DNA of 64,000 bases from Giardia intestinalis (Eukaryota), in NCBI GenBank assembly GCA_000002435.2, contig CM018791.1; one strand, given 5' to 3'. The notes under the pieces are model-generated. The model did not search any database and was not told where the DNA came from. It saw only the letters and a program-made list of their open reading frames with translations. The position numbers and the translations under genes were made by a program. Of the stretch, positions 41,101 to 50,648 are shown piece by piece. Position 1 is the stretch's first letter, and every line of letters starts with the position of its first letter.

Positions 41101-43280
41101 TTACGGCTCAGAAAGAACAGCAGGAGGCGGCCATCTCCAAGTTTGTAGCGGTCGTTGCTGACAATAAAACGCTCATTGCTCAACATAAGGAAAGCTACGC
41201 AAATCTTACTTCCGAACTTTCAGTAATGATTGCAAACAAAAATGAATGGGTGAAGGAATACAAGCAAATATATGAGCGGGATATAAAGGATGCTGACTAC
41301 TCCTTTGGGGAGGAACATGAGCACCTTCTTGAGAACTTTTCAGATTGCTGGAGCGAGACCATTTCTGTGAGTGACGAGGGAGTTGAGGCACGACCTGCAT
41401 TCAAGCCATTTGGAGTGTATAATCCTTCGGAGCTCCAAGAACCATACTTCACCTCCATGGACGAGATGAAGACAGCTCTAAGGCAGCAGGATGCCGCAAT
41501 GGACCGACGAAAGAGCAGAAGAGAGCAGCGTCGTCGGCTAGAGTGTCTGATAGCAAAAAGAAGAGACCCTATTTTAGAGCAGCTTCGTCAAATGAACGAC
41601 GATATCCAGACTGCTCGCGCAGAACTTCTGGACTCAATGATCACTGGAGAAGGAATTTCTCCCGCGCCAACAGACAAAACGGACAAGACTAAGCACAATT
41701 CTTTGATGCCAAAGCAGGCGCTGTCTGTGTCGCCGTCCATGCTCGCACAAGCTGTTGCAATAAAGTCTCTTGCTGCCAAATACGCTACTGTCATGGGCTT
41801 CTTCACTAAACACACACTTAGTGGGGCATACTGTGTTACCTCCACTTTTGAGCCTGGGCGTACTCGACAACCTGCAGAGGTAGGATTGCTAAGTTTCCGA
41901 AACGGAAACATCACTGGAGAGATGCACCAGACTGATGGAGGCGCTAAGCGTGCATCGTCTACCGGTCCTAATTCACGCGGCAATACAACTGTCGCCGGAA
42001 TGTCTACAAATGCATCCATTAATCCCAATGCAAATAGAGGGTCTGCAGGAGGTTTATCCAATGATAATAAGCAGCTTCATGCTCTTAAACCTTATGCTCG
42101 GAATGCCCTTGCTTACATTTCACAACAACTGGAGGTTGAGCGAAAGGCGCATGCCTTACTTACGCTGATATCATCTCCCTATGGACGTTATCTAATGCCT
42201 TTCCATAAAATACTATCGGACGGGGCACCGTTCCCCAGTGGAGCTCGGTCGAACTCCTTTTATATTATGTGTTCAAAGAGTGATCTATTTATTCCAGCAG
42301 AGCTCCAGGAAGCCATCTTAACGCTGCAGAATCTTTCGGAACGCTATTTCCGCACATCTATTGGTCGTAAAGACCTTTATCTAATTGCAGCAGCTTGTCA
42401 GACTGAACTGGATCTGCGAGCCCAAAATGCGACCAACACTAATAATCCCAATAATGCCAATAATGAACTTCAGCACCTTGGATTGAGCAGGAGGCCTCCA
42501 AACTTGGATTACATGCTTCTTTTGCAAGGGAAGCTAAACAACTTGATCCCTTATTTTGAGGACACCCGCTCTACGTCTGCCATCTCCGGTCTTAATAAAA
42601 GCGCCACGCACCGATCTCTTGCTGACCCCGGCAGGACGTCGCAGCGCTACCCCCAGACCTGCAAGTACATCCAGACCATCCTGGAGCAGGTGATGCGCCG
42701 CTTTGTGGCGATGCCCGGGGTCCTTTCGGGCCTTTATGAGGAGTGCATTGAGGGCATCAGCAACATCAAGGGCCGCATCCTGGAGGCCGTCGTCATAGAG
42801 CTGATCAATATCCTGCAGACCGGGTCCACTGAAAATGTCGATAGGGTTCGCGGCGGCTGCTCCTTCTACGAAAATAACGTGATGCTCCTGCGCTGCCTCC
42901 GCCTGCTCCAGACCGCCATAAACACGCTGGGTGCCGGGACAGTCTTTGAGATACTGCGCGGCCTTGTCTACCCCGTGACTCTTTTGCGCGGCAGCGGCTT
43001 CATCAATGGGGTGGAGAAGACTCAGAAGCCGGTGGCTGAGTCTGACAGCCCAGACAAGAAGCCTCGGAGGTTCAACTACCTGACAGAAGAGGATGTCAAG
43101 AGCGTCGCCAAGATGGTGTCCAAGCCAGAGAACATTACCGGGAGCTTCGACGCATCGCTGCTGCAGAAGATAGACGATAGCAATGCGCGCAGGCGTCTGC
43201 TTCTACAGACACAGTACGGCGGCCGCCATCACCTCAATGCAATAAGACAGCGCAGGCGTCGTGCCGAGATATACTTCTAA
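38187..43280 (+). CDS. CDC7-like Ser/Thr protein kinase (N-terminal ~430 aa) fused to a ~1250-aa C-terminal extension with coiled-coil and low-complexity segments.
   Basis: IIHRDIKPGNFLF and LIDFGLAQ (compare CDC7 IVHRDVKPSNFLY / VDFGLAQ). Large kinase insert before GTHGYRAPEIL. DSWSVGVIL. Terminal LLEFDPESRLSATEALSHPFLA. The ORF continues uninterrupted to 43280. AGTGAAT overlaps the stop. Confidence 0.8.
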   Translation: MTRRHQADTGTADYTQYRQEFPEIPFDRYKITQHVGKGAFSKVFLAYTPEFQRRAIKRIRLTAKPHQLLKEIEFLRRLEGKSHIVQIKEIRFSDATLQTTVITSYSDTDDFKSVILDFTPREIQAYMRSILTALSHLEKLKIIHRDIKPGNFLFERKTGKGLLIDFGLAQTLREVREFPLLRGQSKSRKGVIHINLDRLMRQSNQYLTDLTAQGEETYYTARMSLKEGQTVPAAHVTGSNAAASTNVVRPNDDTAERLPIAGYINKDHSTFRPLPPSAHSGTHGYRAPEILVPVRNQDCKIDSWSVGVILIQILTGKTSLFRGNPTVDIYEILAIRSIIGTDRFIQGMSRLKADFSLTAGAPMPQAIALEELAEWYNPDLLAVLPASCFDLCRKLLEFDPESRLSATEALSHPFLAMDENLLPNYRFQDGAHSKSLLSFTGYANATNSQDSMNREEETLQALRKRGSEIAERLGLCRVTSETLADEYSTMSPQSMIPLPRDLRKQAMKSVQKFALDKTVQGPSGIIVERSKTSDYSFPSNSSVQDLSSCGGVTLSRPRLAAAPGSHARHCAIDAAMRQKIAYYKEKGIRVTLDDLHREVLDQQWEIANKDKETFERAVRATAVRRRLDPWVQPLKALDKELRICQKDVRKAAEEYRRTVLSLGIIDLETKTADEGHRHKVSAGLDGDKDKLDAKNEQGRTQLSGATGITVTGQGAGAFTNYHSYLSALIPSPNALKTAVNIKLASDAKIQVAKTMDVKTVESFYYPKYYAINKIRTHRLLNFIVKSELAQTAALDTGNSVGVAGVTTCTNHLTKTLATVIATKAWEVVHSNSSKNMITKEKSRSVYDLTMKAAKIASVSHRLALSGPDAWEAKGESFFLSPNSRLGMIEIKADECKFRVHDFNTKILQHQHHASQCQFIIQERTGFLSKIAQLEESIRSKMNANTEQIKILQGTLKSSANKNDTIQEEINYLTAQKEQQEAAISKFVAVVADNKTLIAQHKESYANLTSELSVMIANKNEWVKEYKQIYERDIKDADYSFGEEHEHLLENFSDCWSETISVSDEGVEARPAFKPFGVYNPSELQEPYFTSMDEMKTALRQQDAAMDRRKSRREQRRRLECLIAKRRDPILEQLRQMNDDIQTARAELLDSMITGEGISPAPTDKTDKTKHNSLMPKQALSVSPSMLAQAVAIKSLAAKYATVMGFFTKHTLSGAYCVTSTFEPGRTRQPAEVGLLSFRNGNITGEMHQTDGGAKRASSTGPNSRGNTTVAGMSTNASINPNANRGSAGGLSNDNKQLHALKPYARNALAYISQQLEVERKAHALLTLISSPYGRYLMPFHKILSDGAPFPSGARSNSFYIMCSKSDLFIPAELQEAILTLQNLSERYFRTSIGRKDLYLIAAACQTELDLRAQNATNTNNPNNANNELQHLGLSRRPPNLDYMLLLQGKLNNLIPYFEDTRSTSAISGLNKSATHRSLADPGRTSQRYPQTCKYIQTILEQVMRRFVAMPGVLSGLYEECIEGISNIKGRILEAVVIELINILQTGSTENVDRVRGGCSFYENNVMLLRCLRLLQTAINTLGAGTVFEILRGLVYPVTLLRGSGFINGVEKTQKPVAESDSPDKKPRRFNYLTEEDVKSVAKMVSKPENITGSFDASLLQKIDDSNARRRLLLQTQYGGRHHLNAIRQRRRRAEIYF

Positions 43281-43287
43281 GTGAATG
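43279..43287 (+). terminator. Poly(A) signal AGTGAAT overlapping the TAA stop of the CDC7-like kinase gene.
   Basis: ttcTAAGTGAATgaag. The Giardia AGTRAAY consensus. Confidence 0.5.
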
Positions 43288-43404
43288 AAGCACTTCGTTC
43301 GCCCCCGGGTAGTCCTAGCGATCAAAAAGCTGGTGTGGTGTTGGCCTCGAGTGCAGGTGCTAAGGGGCTATGCAATATACACCAGTGAAAATATTACGTG
43401 GTGG

Positions 43405-46335
43405 TGCTGCTGGGGCCTGCCTGCGGGCGCTGTCCGCAAATCTCGCGAGTAAATTCCCGCTCAATTTTTGGCGATGTCCGGAGACGAGGGTTGGTCGTGT
43501 ATCAATATAAAGACCACAGTGGTGGTAGGGAGGAGCTGTCTGCATTCCTCGGCTGTTCTGCGGGTGTGTGCTCGGTCTAGGTGTGCACATAGGTCCTTTT
43601 GGAGATCAAGCCGTCCTGCAGGCTCGCTGGTCTACTAGGGTGCCTCTTCTTGTTCTCCCTTCACGGTGAGTGAAGCTCAGGTCTTTGTTGTCATTCTCAA
43701 TACTGTCCATACAGATCAGCAGCAGCTAACGGGGCGTTCTCTCCTGGTTGGGATTCCACTCGACTGCGTGTCCAGTCTTGGGCCCCTTCTCGATCGTTGT
43801 CGTCGGGTCCCGGGGATGGGCTCATTCGGTTGTCAGAAGTAGGATGACAGGAGGCGGTCGCTCTGGGTGACCAGGCTTTCGGCCCGGCCCGTCTGATCAG
43901 CTTCGTCGGGTGCTCGTTCGCCTCTGCAGCCATGTGGGCGATGGCGAAGGCAGCCCGGACAGAGAGCTTCTCGACGTCCACGTAGAGCTCCTCGAGGTGC
44001 CTCTTGGACTTGGGGTGGAGGGATCCGTCTGTCTCGTCCCTGTACTTCTTGACCTTCTCGTTGTAGTAGGCATCCATCTGGCGGGGCTGGATGACGCCCA
44101 CATCTATCGCCTTGCACTTGTCGACGAGCCAGATGTCGGGCTTCTGGTTCTGGTCGCTGAGGTGGCTGTGGGTCTTGACCTCCAGCTCTGCGTTGAACTT
44201 CCCTGAGACGCGGAGGTACAGGCACGCGACGATCATGTCGTGCCTCGTGGCAGCCCGGGCAGGTGCCTCTTGTCTGCGCCATGATCGAGCCATCTCTCTC
44301 CTTCAGGGCCCTTTCCTCCTCGGTCAGCACGCCGCCGCTCTGTCCGGAAGCTGGTGTATGCGTGAGGAGGCGGTTGAAGTAGGTCCCTTCCCCTGCAGTG
44401 CCTGGCCTTCCACCGACAGCTCCACCGGGTCTCTGGCTCCCTTGTTGACGTCCGGGGAGGCCCATACCCTCCGCAGCTCGTCGTGGCAGAGCCCCGGCAT
44501 GAGCAGGCCCGGGCCGCCCTTCTCCTTCGGGTACGCCAGGAAGTCGACCAGGCGATCGCAGCTTCTGTTAGTTATTTTGCTGAAGCCTTGTGCGATGTCT
44601 GTCGAGCTCCTCGTAGTCCGCCTTGTCCGATGTTACTTCGACCAGGGGGGCGTAGTTCACCATCGGGACCACACAGAGTGACACCAGGATGAGCTTCTGG
44701 TGGGTGGTTATGGGGGCAGTCTCAGCACCTGCGATGGCCTTCGGCGCGGGACTGGCAGGGGTGGGGGACACCGGGTGGTTGAGGAAGGTCACCTCCTCGC
44801 CCGCCATGGTGGACTTGCATTTGTCGCTCCTGATCGTCAGGCCCATGGTCTGCTGTGTTATCGCGCCTGCCGGGTAGGCCTCGTCGTGGAGCGTCACGAT
44901 GTCGTCCGCTAGGCAAGGAAGGTGATGCCCCTCTCCCTGAGGCGTCTCAGAGGCGCTCGGTAGCCATGCAGAAGAGGAACATGCTGAGCGGGTCGCCCTG
45001 GGGGACGCCGCAGACCTCGCACTTCACGTCCCGGCTGTGCCTCAGGTCGAGGAAGTTCCTGATGTAGTCGACCAGGACCTTCGGGACGCCCGCCTCGTTC
45101 AGGGCTCTGACGACCTCCGCCCTTGGGAGCGAGTTGAAGGCCTTCTTTGTGTCGAGGGAGACGGCGTGCATCCCCGGCCTGCTGATGAGCTCGTGGGCCC
45201 TCCTCACGCCTACCGCGTATGCGTTCTGCATGAAGGCGATCTGTTCGCACGAGAGGTAGTTGGCATGCTTGATCAGCCGCTTCAGCAGGACGCGGTGGAA
45301 GATGTTTGTCACCGTCTTGCCTATCGCGATCGGACGGTATCCGTCGGACTCCTTCGGGATGAGGATCGCCCGGAACTCGAACATGGCCGTCACCTCGGGC
45401 ATCGCCTCGGGGTGGGTGGTCAGCTCGTTGTACGCCTGCGTGAGGTACTTCACGAAGCTATCGTTCTGCTTCATCGCTTTGAGCTGGACCGGCCCGAGAC
45501 CAGACAGGCCTTGTTGAGGGTTCCAAACAGGACCTTCCTCATTTCTTCTTCGGTTGCCACTCCAGCCCCGTCGAGCTCATCGATGGAGGGCAGTCAAGGC
45601 CAACGTGGCCTTTGGGAGGACGCACGGGTGTCTCATCAAGGGCGCGGAGGGCCTTGGCAACTGCTCCGAAGCTCAGCGCGTTGTTCACCCTATTTGGAGC
45701 GGTGTCTCCTTCTGGGTCTGCTATGCTGTGCTGCTTGCTCCGGGCCTCCTACCAGGGTGTTCAGGCCCTTGTTAACGAGGAGCGCGACCCCAGTCCCGGC
45801 CTGCTCGATGCTCGCGATCATGCGCGCACCCTGGTGGATGAGCATGGCAAGCTCTGTCTGGTTCGGTATATGGGATGGAATGATCAGTTTGTCGTCGCCT
45901 AGCATTCTGTGTCTGTCATCGTTTGCTTCTCTCAGGTGCTCGGTCAGTTGCTTGGCGCTCTCGCACGGTAGGCCACAGAGCCAGCGTGTGTGTCCTGCTG
46001 AGAGAGTAAATGTCTTCGGAGTGGTCTCCCAAGTAGAGACTCACGGCTTGCTCTCTGGGTGTCCCTGAGGTACGATTTTGCATTCGTAGTGCAGATCTGG
46101 TCCTCGCGGGCTCTCCTTCGCCTCAGGTCCAGCTGTGCTCACGCCCGTAGAACAGCCGTGGAACGCACAGACCCCAGATCCACACGTGGAGGGAACCCCT
46201 CTTTGCCCCCGCTGTGGTTATCGTTGCAACCCGCGGCCAACCCTCATCTCCGGACTGGCTGGGAATTGAGCAAGAGTTTACCCGTGAGACCTCTGGACCA
46301 TACCTGCAGACAGGCCTCAGCGGCACACCACTGGA
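43405..46335 (-). mobile_element. Degenerate copy of an RLE-clade (R2-like) non-LTR retrotransposon in minus orientation, truncated at both ends relative to the second copy. Compatible with a Giardia GilD/GilM/GilT-type element, but the family is not determinable here.
   Basis: Reverse-transcriptase motifs in fragmented frames (RPIAIGKTVTNIFHRVL; SLDTKKAFNSL; GVPQGDPLSMFLF; LADDIVTL). C-terminal CCHC and PD-(D/E)xK endonuclease remnants (CPGCH..., KPDIWLVDKCKAIDVGV). Translated ORFs identical to the copy at 54.7-57.7 kb. GC-rich. Confidence 0.75.
44947..45474 (-). pseudogene. Reverse-transcriptase fragment (motifs 1-5) of the minus-orientation retroelement copy. Frame is broken on both sides.
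   Basis: 175-aa ORF MKQNDSFVKYL...RPIAIG...SLDTKKAFNSL...GVPQGDPLSMFLFCMATERL. The YxDD-equivalent LADDIVTL continues in another frame (44568..44897). Confidence 0.7.
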
Positions 46336-47030
46336 AGCAACCGGTGGATGGAGTGAATGTGTCCATGAGCAGAAGGGCGGGCCGGGCGTCTCTTCCGCAC
46401 CAACCAGGGATCGACCTGGGGGTCCACGGGCACACGCTACAGTCCAGGAGGACACATGGTGAGCGCACCCCGACGGCAGGATCGATGGTCCACTCCACGA
46501 GGAGGCGAGAAGGAACCCGAGTAGACATTCCAAGGCCATGACACATGCGACCTTCATCATGTAGCACCGAGCGACTCTGGACTACATGCAGGGATCATTG
46601 CTGCCAGGGCCAGATCGTTGCAACTGACAATAGGGCCTTGGGGTAGCGGTGCTTACCAGGTGTCAGGCAGCAGCCGACCCCCACAGAAGTTGAACGAAGG
46701 AAAGGAGAAGCCCTTGGAAGGCACTGCGAAGAACATGCAGTGACCCCGAAGGGCGAGGAGGCATAGGGGTCTTCTCTCGCTAGAGTTAGATGGCACCTGA
46801 GTGAAAGACCCTCTTGGTGAAATGGCAACTCGCATGAAGGACTTACTCAAGCAGCAGCTAATAAACTAGCTTCGGTGACACAGGGTAAATTTCATAAATC
46901 AAGATTTGTTTTATAGTATTTTGGCACGGGCTGGGAATGTGAGGTACTCCTCTTGTAAAGTCTATCTTCCAGAGTTCTTTGCTCCTTTTGAAGAGACACG
47001 ATAGGTTTACTTGTGAGGTCACAAAGCAGT

Positions 47031-49232
47031 CTAAGGATCATTATGACCATCGACACCAAGTGTACTACTGCTGCTAAGGAGAGACAATATTTCGGAATAG
47101 CCCCTAGTCTCAAGCTCACTAAAAAAGAACTTGTTAGATTTGTCTACTAGGTGTCCCTCCTTTTCAAATAGCAGTTTTACTATTTCTAAGTGGCCAGTAA
47201 ATGCTGCATACATGATAGCAAGCATACCATAATTGTCCTCCATACCGTTTTCATACTTCATTAGCAGTTCTACTATTTCTAAGTGGCTATTAAGTGCTGC
47301 ATACATGAGAGCAGTCTTATTTTTACTATCTTTCATTCCAGCCTCACACCCCAGCAATAGTCTTACTACCTCCAGATAGCCATCAGAGGCCGCCCTCATA
47401 AGGGCTGTTACGCCATTGAGGTCCTTCATAGTGCTCTCACGGTTCATTAGCATTTTCACTATCTCTAAGTGCCCCCTAGATGCGGCCTCCATGAAAGCAG
47501 TTGTTCCAAAAACATCTTGTGCACAACTTTCATGGTCTATTAGTAGTCTTGCTACCTCTGTGTGGCCGCCTATTGCTGCTCGCATTAATGCCGTGACACC
47601 AAATTCATCGGTTGGCTCAAGAATATCCATAACAATTTTGTGCCCTGCATCCCTAGCAATCGTCAGGGCCGTATTACCTTCGTTGTCGACTAGGTCCCTC
47701 TCGTACGGGATCAAAATGGAGGCAGTTTCTGCGCTACCATTCTCTGCAGCGATCATTAGGGCAGTCCAGCTACTGTTATTCCTCTTTCCATGCTCATGAG
47801 GGACGAGAATTTCAACTACCTCAGGGTGGTTGCTGTGTGCGGCGTGCATGAGTGCAGTCCAGCCATTCTTGTCTCTGAAGCCATTCTCCTCCTCAACAAG
47901 CAGCTTGACAGGACCGATGTGCCCCTGCTGGGCTGCGTGCATGAGGGCCGTCATCTTCTGCTCATCGCGCTGACCAATATTGAATCCCTCGTTGACCAAG
48001 GTCCAAACGGCCTCCATGTCATTCGTGTGTGCAGCACGTATCAGCCTAGGGAGCAAGAGGAGATTGAACTGAGAGTTGGATGTAGCTAATCCAGTGCTAA
48101 GTTGTGCGATTCTATTTTCTAGTACTCTTATTATGGCTAGGTACTCTTTATCCCGATCTTCAAGCGCATCAATCCTGGTGAATTTAATTCGAGGCTCCTG
48201 TCCCAAACTGTCGATTTTACTTTGCCTACTCTCGAGGGCTGTCTCAAGAGCAGTGATCCTGTCCAATTTGGCCTCCGCATCCGCTTCCAGAAGTGCGATC
48301 CTGGTATTAATATTACTTAGCGCATCCTCCAAGGAGCCGCATTTGCCTTCTAGTACCACTTGCCGAGGTTCTAGCTCACTAACTGGGACGTCGAATGTGG
48401 TGAGCATTTCATACAGCTCCTTGGCTGTCAGTCTTTCCTCAGGATCTAGTACAAATATCCTCTTTAGAATGCCCTTTATGAAGTTACTAGTTACACCGCT
48501 CAGGTCTGGCCTCCACCCGTCGACGAAGACCTTTGCCGGCTCCTCACCCTCCAGGAAGTCCGGTCTCCTCAGAGTTACTAGTTCATAAATGATGACCCCG
48601 AGGCTCCACATGTCGGAAGCATGGCTGGTCTCATTACGGAGGAGAATCTCGGGGGCCATGTACGCCACTCCCATGATAGTGCTCTCACTCCACAGGGCGT
48701 CTATGCAGAGGCTAAGGCCAGCAAGGACGACGTGTTTGTTATCTGCGCTGATGAGGATATTGGTAGGCCTAAGATCGCAGTGAACAAGCTCCTCAACATC
48801 TACCTCACTAACGCTGTGGAGATAGGCGAGGGCGGCAGCGATCTGTTTCACAATGAAGAGGATCACGCTAACAGAGATAAAGTTTCTCTTTCGTTTGTAC
48901 TTGGTGAGAAGACGCTTGAGAGTCTTGTCGTGGCGATCCATGACAATGTAAATGAAGCCCTCGTTCTCAATAATTTGATGGTACCTGAGGATCCCTGGGT
49001 GGGAGAGCTCGGGGAAGGTAATCAGCTCTAGTCTGCTGGCATCCACGCTGCTCCTGTCCAGATGATCGAGGATGATCTCCTTCACGGCGAGACTCGGATA
49101 GCCCTTGAGGGAGTAGACTGCGCCCGTGATGCTTTCATTAAGCACGTCGTCTATCAGCTCGTGGAGCTCCCTGGGGGTGAACATAGGCACCCTGAGAGCC
49201 ACCGTTGCAGACTCAGATGAAGCAGCGTGCAT
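47031..49232 (-). CDS. NEK-family kinase-like protein with a central coiled-coil and C-terminal ankyrin repeats. Probably catalytically inactive.
   Basis: N-terminal kinase fold with VAIK-like LAVKEI, HCDLRPTNIL in place of HRDLKPxN, AGL in place of DFG, no GxGxxG, and APE present (YMAPEIL). Coiled-coil LEADAEAKLDRITALETALESRQSKIDSL. At least 8 ankyrin repeats (TALMHAAQQGH..., TALMIAAENGS...). ATG after aaaataataaaacgggATG. Confidence 0.75.
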   Translation of the reverse strand: MHAASSESATVALRVPMFTPRELHELIDDVLNESITGAVYSLKGYPSLAVKEIILDHLDRSSVDASRLELITFPELSHPGILRYHQIIENEGFIYIVMDRHDKTLKRLLTKYKRKRNFISVSVILFIVKQIAAALAYLHSVSEVDVEELVHCDLRPTNILISADNKHVVLAGLSLCIDALWSESTIMGVAYMAPEILLRNETSHASDMWSLGVIIYELVTLRRPDFLEGEEPAKVFVDGWRPDLSGVTSNFIKGILKRIFVLDPEERLTAKELYEMLTTFDVPVSELEPRQVVLEGKCGSLEDALSNINTRIALLEADAEAKLDRITALETALESRQSKIDSLGQEPRIKFTRIDALEDRDKEYLAIIRVLENRIAQLSTGLATSNSQFNLLLLPRLIRAAHTNDMEAVWTLVNEGFNIGQRDEQKMTALMHAAQQGHIGPVKLLVEEENGFRDKNGWTALMHAAHSNHPEVVEILVPHEHGKRNNSSWTALMIAAENGSAETASILIPYERDLVDNEGNTALTIARDAGHKIVMDILEPTDEFGVTALMRAAIGGHTEVARLLIDHESCAQDVFGTTAFMEAASRGHLEIVKMLMNRESTMKDLNGVTALMRAASDGYLEVVRLLLGCEAGMKDSKNKTALMYAALNSHLEIVELLMKYENGMEDNYGMLAIMYAAFTGHLEIVKLLFEKEGHLVDKSNKFFFSELETRGYSEILSLLSSSSTLGVDGHNDP

Positions 49233-49544
49233 CCCGTTTTATTATTTTGGTACTTTACTGTTTTAGAAACGGGTCGTTTTACATAGGTTAATATCTACAG
49301 GTCTATAGCGATCCCATGTCTGTGGAGAGCTTCTGCATAAGAGGCGAGAAGGCTGCCTGTGCAATCGTTTCACCTACCCCTGGTGTTCCAGTGCTGGCCG
49401 GGGGTGAGAAGGCCAGCCCCCTCTGACCTCTGTGGAAACGGATGGTTGTGTGACCCACTGACAGCCATCACTTCACCCTAGTGGCTGGCCATCCCTTTGC
49501 ACAGCTGGAGGGGACTACGATCTATCATCAAATTCGATCAACAG

Positions 49545-50222
49545 TTAAGCGAGTTCACTCACAGGTTCTTTAGGCGGTATCCTCAAGTAGGGATCCACTA
49601 GCCTAATACCATTGCTTTCAAGAAGAGATACTACCCTAGAGTGATTCCACCTATTAGCCATACGGATGGCAGACTCGCCACCGACATTCTTCTCCCTCTC
49701 CAGCAGTAACCTGACACAGTCTAGATGATTATAGCCTGCTGCAACCGTGAGAGCAGTACAGCCCTTACCCTTCTTCATGCCACCTTCAGTCCTTAAAAGT
49801 AGTCTCACGACCTCAGCGTGGCCAATAAATGCTGCCCACATAAGGGCTGTCCATTCATTACTGCTCCTCATGCAACTCTCATGCTTTCTCAGCAGCCTCA
49901 CCACCTCAGCGTGTCCAAGCACCGCGGCGACCATCAGGGCTGTCCCCTCATATATATTTATGCCTCCCACATTGACAAGCTTCGCCACCATTCTTGCCTG
50001 ATAAGGGATGTAGCGCTTCACCGCATCCACATCGTTCCTCTTAGCTGCCTCCATAAGTGTGGTGACGCCGTTTCCGTCCACGCTGCCTTCATCATCTAGT
50101 TCTGAAGACTCAGTAAGACTGTTCTTGCCCGCGCCCTCTTCGCTCGTGTCCTTCTCTGGCGCGAGGGGCGGGGCGCAGTCGTGCTTCTGAAGGAACTGAC
50201 CTAAATCATCCGCAGACGACAT
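49545..50222 (-). CDS. Small ankyrin-repeat protein (Protein 21.1-like). The start is placed at the second ATG (50222, MSSADDLGQ...), which is preceded by cgaaataaaaATG. The track ORF extends to 50294.
   Basis: Ankyrin repeats (TTLMEAAKRNDVDAVKRYI; TALMVAAVLGHAEVVRLL; TALMWAAFIGHAEVVRLLL; TALTVAAGYNHLDCVRLLL). Confidence 0.65.
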   Translation of the reverse strand: MSSADDLGQFLQKHDCAPPLAPEKDTSEEGAGKNSLTESSELDDEGSVDGNGVTTLMEAAKRNDVDAVKRYIPYQARMVAKLVNVGGINIYEGTALMVAAVLGHAEVVRLLRKHESCMRSSNEWTALMWAAFIGHAEVVRLLLRTEGGMKKGKGCTALTVAAGYNHLDCVRLLLEREKNVGGESAIRMANRWNHSRVVSLLESNGIRLVDPYLRIPPKEPVSELA

Positions 50223-50622
50223 TTTTATTTCGTAGTCACAAAGGAAACGCGTGTAACGGTAAACTTGCGATTCACGGTATTGTTTACAGATCATCCAAGA
50301 TAGTTCGCTTCACTGACTATTCACTGTGCCGTGCTCCTCTGTAGTAACAAGTTGACTGTTTAGGGGTAATGAACTTTATGGGGCCTCTCTTCGGCAACCA
50401 GGAGCTCCCGGCTCTCGTAAGTGGAAACAACGCCAGAGCTAGTGCTCGTGGCGATCCAAGCAAGCCTCGCCCATCCGAGCAGGCCTGCGTCGTCCTGTCC
50501 TACGAGGAGTACTTGATGGGTGAATTGCAATAGCTGATCATTACTAGAGGGTTCCGTGGACATGCATTGCTCGAGCGTGTCTCAGAGCACTGCCTACAAG
50601 TCTATATACGGCACCAGTATGC

Positions 50623-50636
50623 GTTTACTACCTAAG
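50623..50636 (-). terminator. Conserved VSP 3' element and poly(A) signal CTTAGGTAGTAAAC downstream of the VSP at 50649..52748.
   Basis: Reverse complement of plus-strand gtttactacctaag. Matches the AGTRAAY Giardia polyadenylation consensus and the extended motif seen after the other two VSP stops. Confidence 0.6.
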
Positions 50637-50648
50637 TCACATCTAAAT

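Noticed and set aside
45037-46068. 343-aa ORF, also at 54940..55971, the longest ORF in each retroelement copy.
   Set aside because: It runs antisense to the RT motifs, and its translation is a GC-driven Arg/Leu/Pro/Gly-rich frame without domains. The sense strand carries the genuine, though frameshifted, RT and endonuclease motifs.
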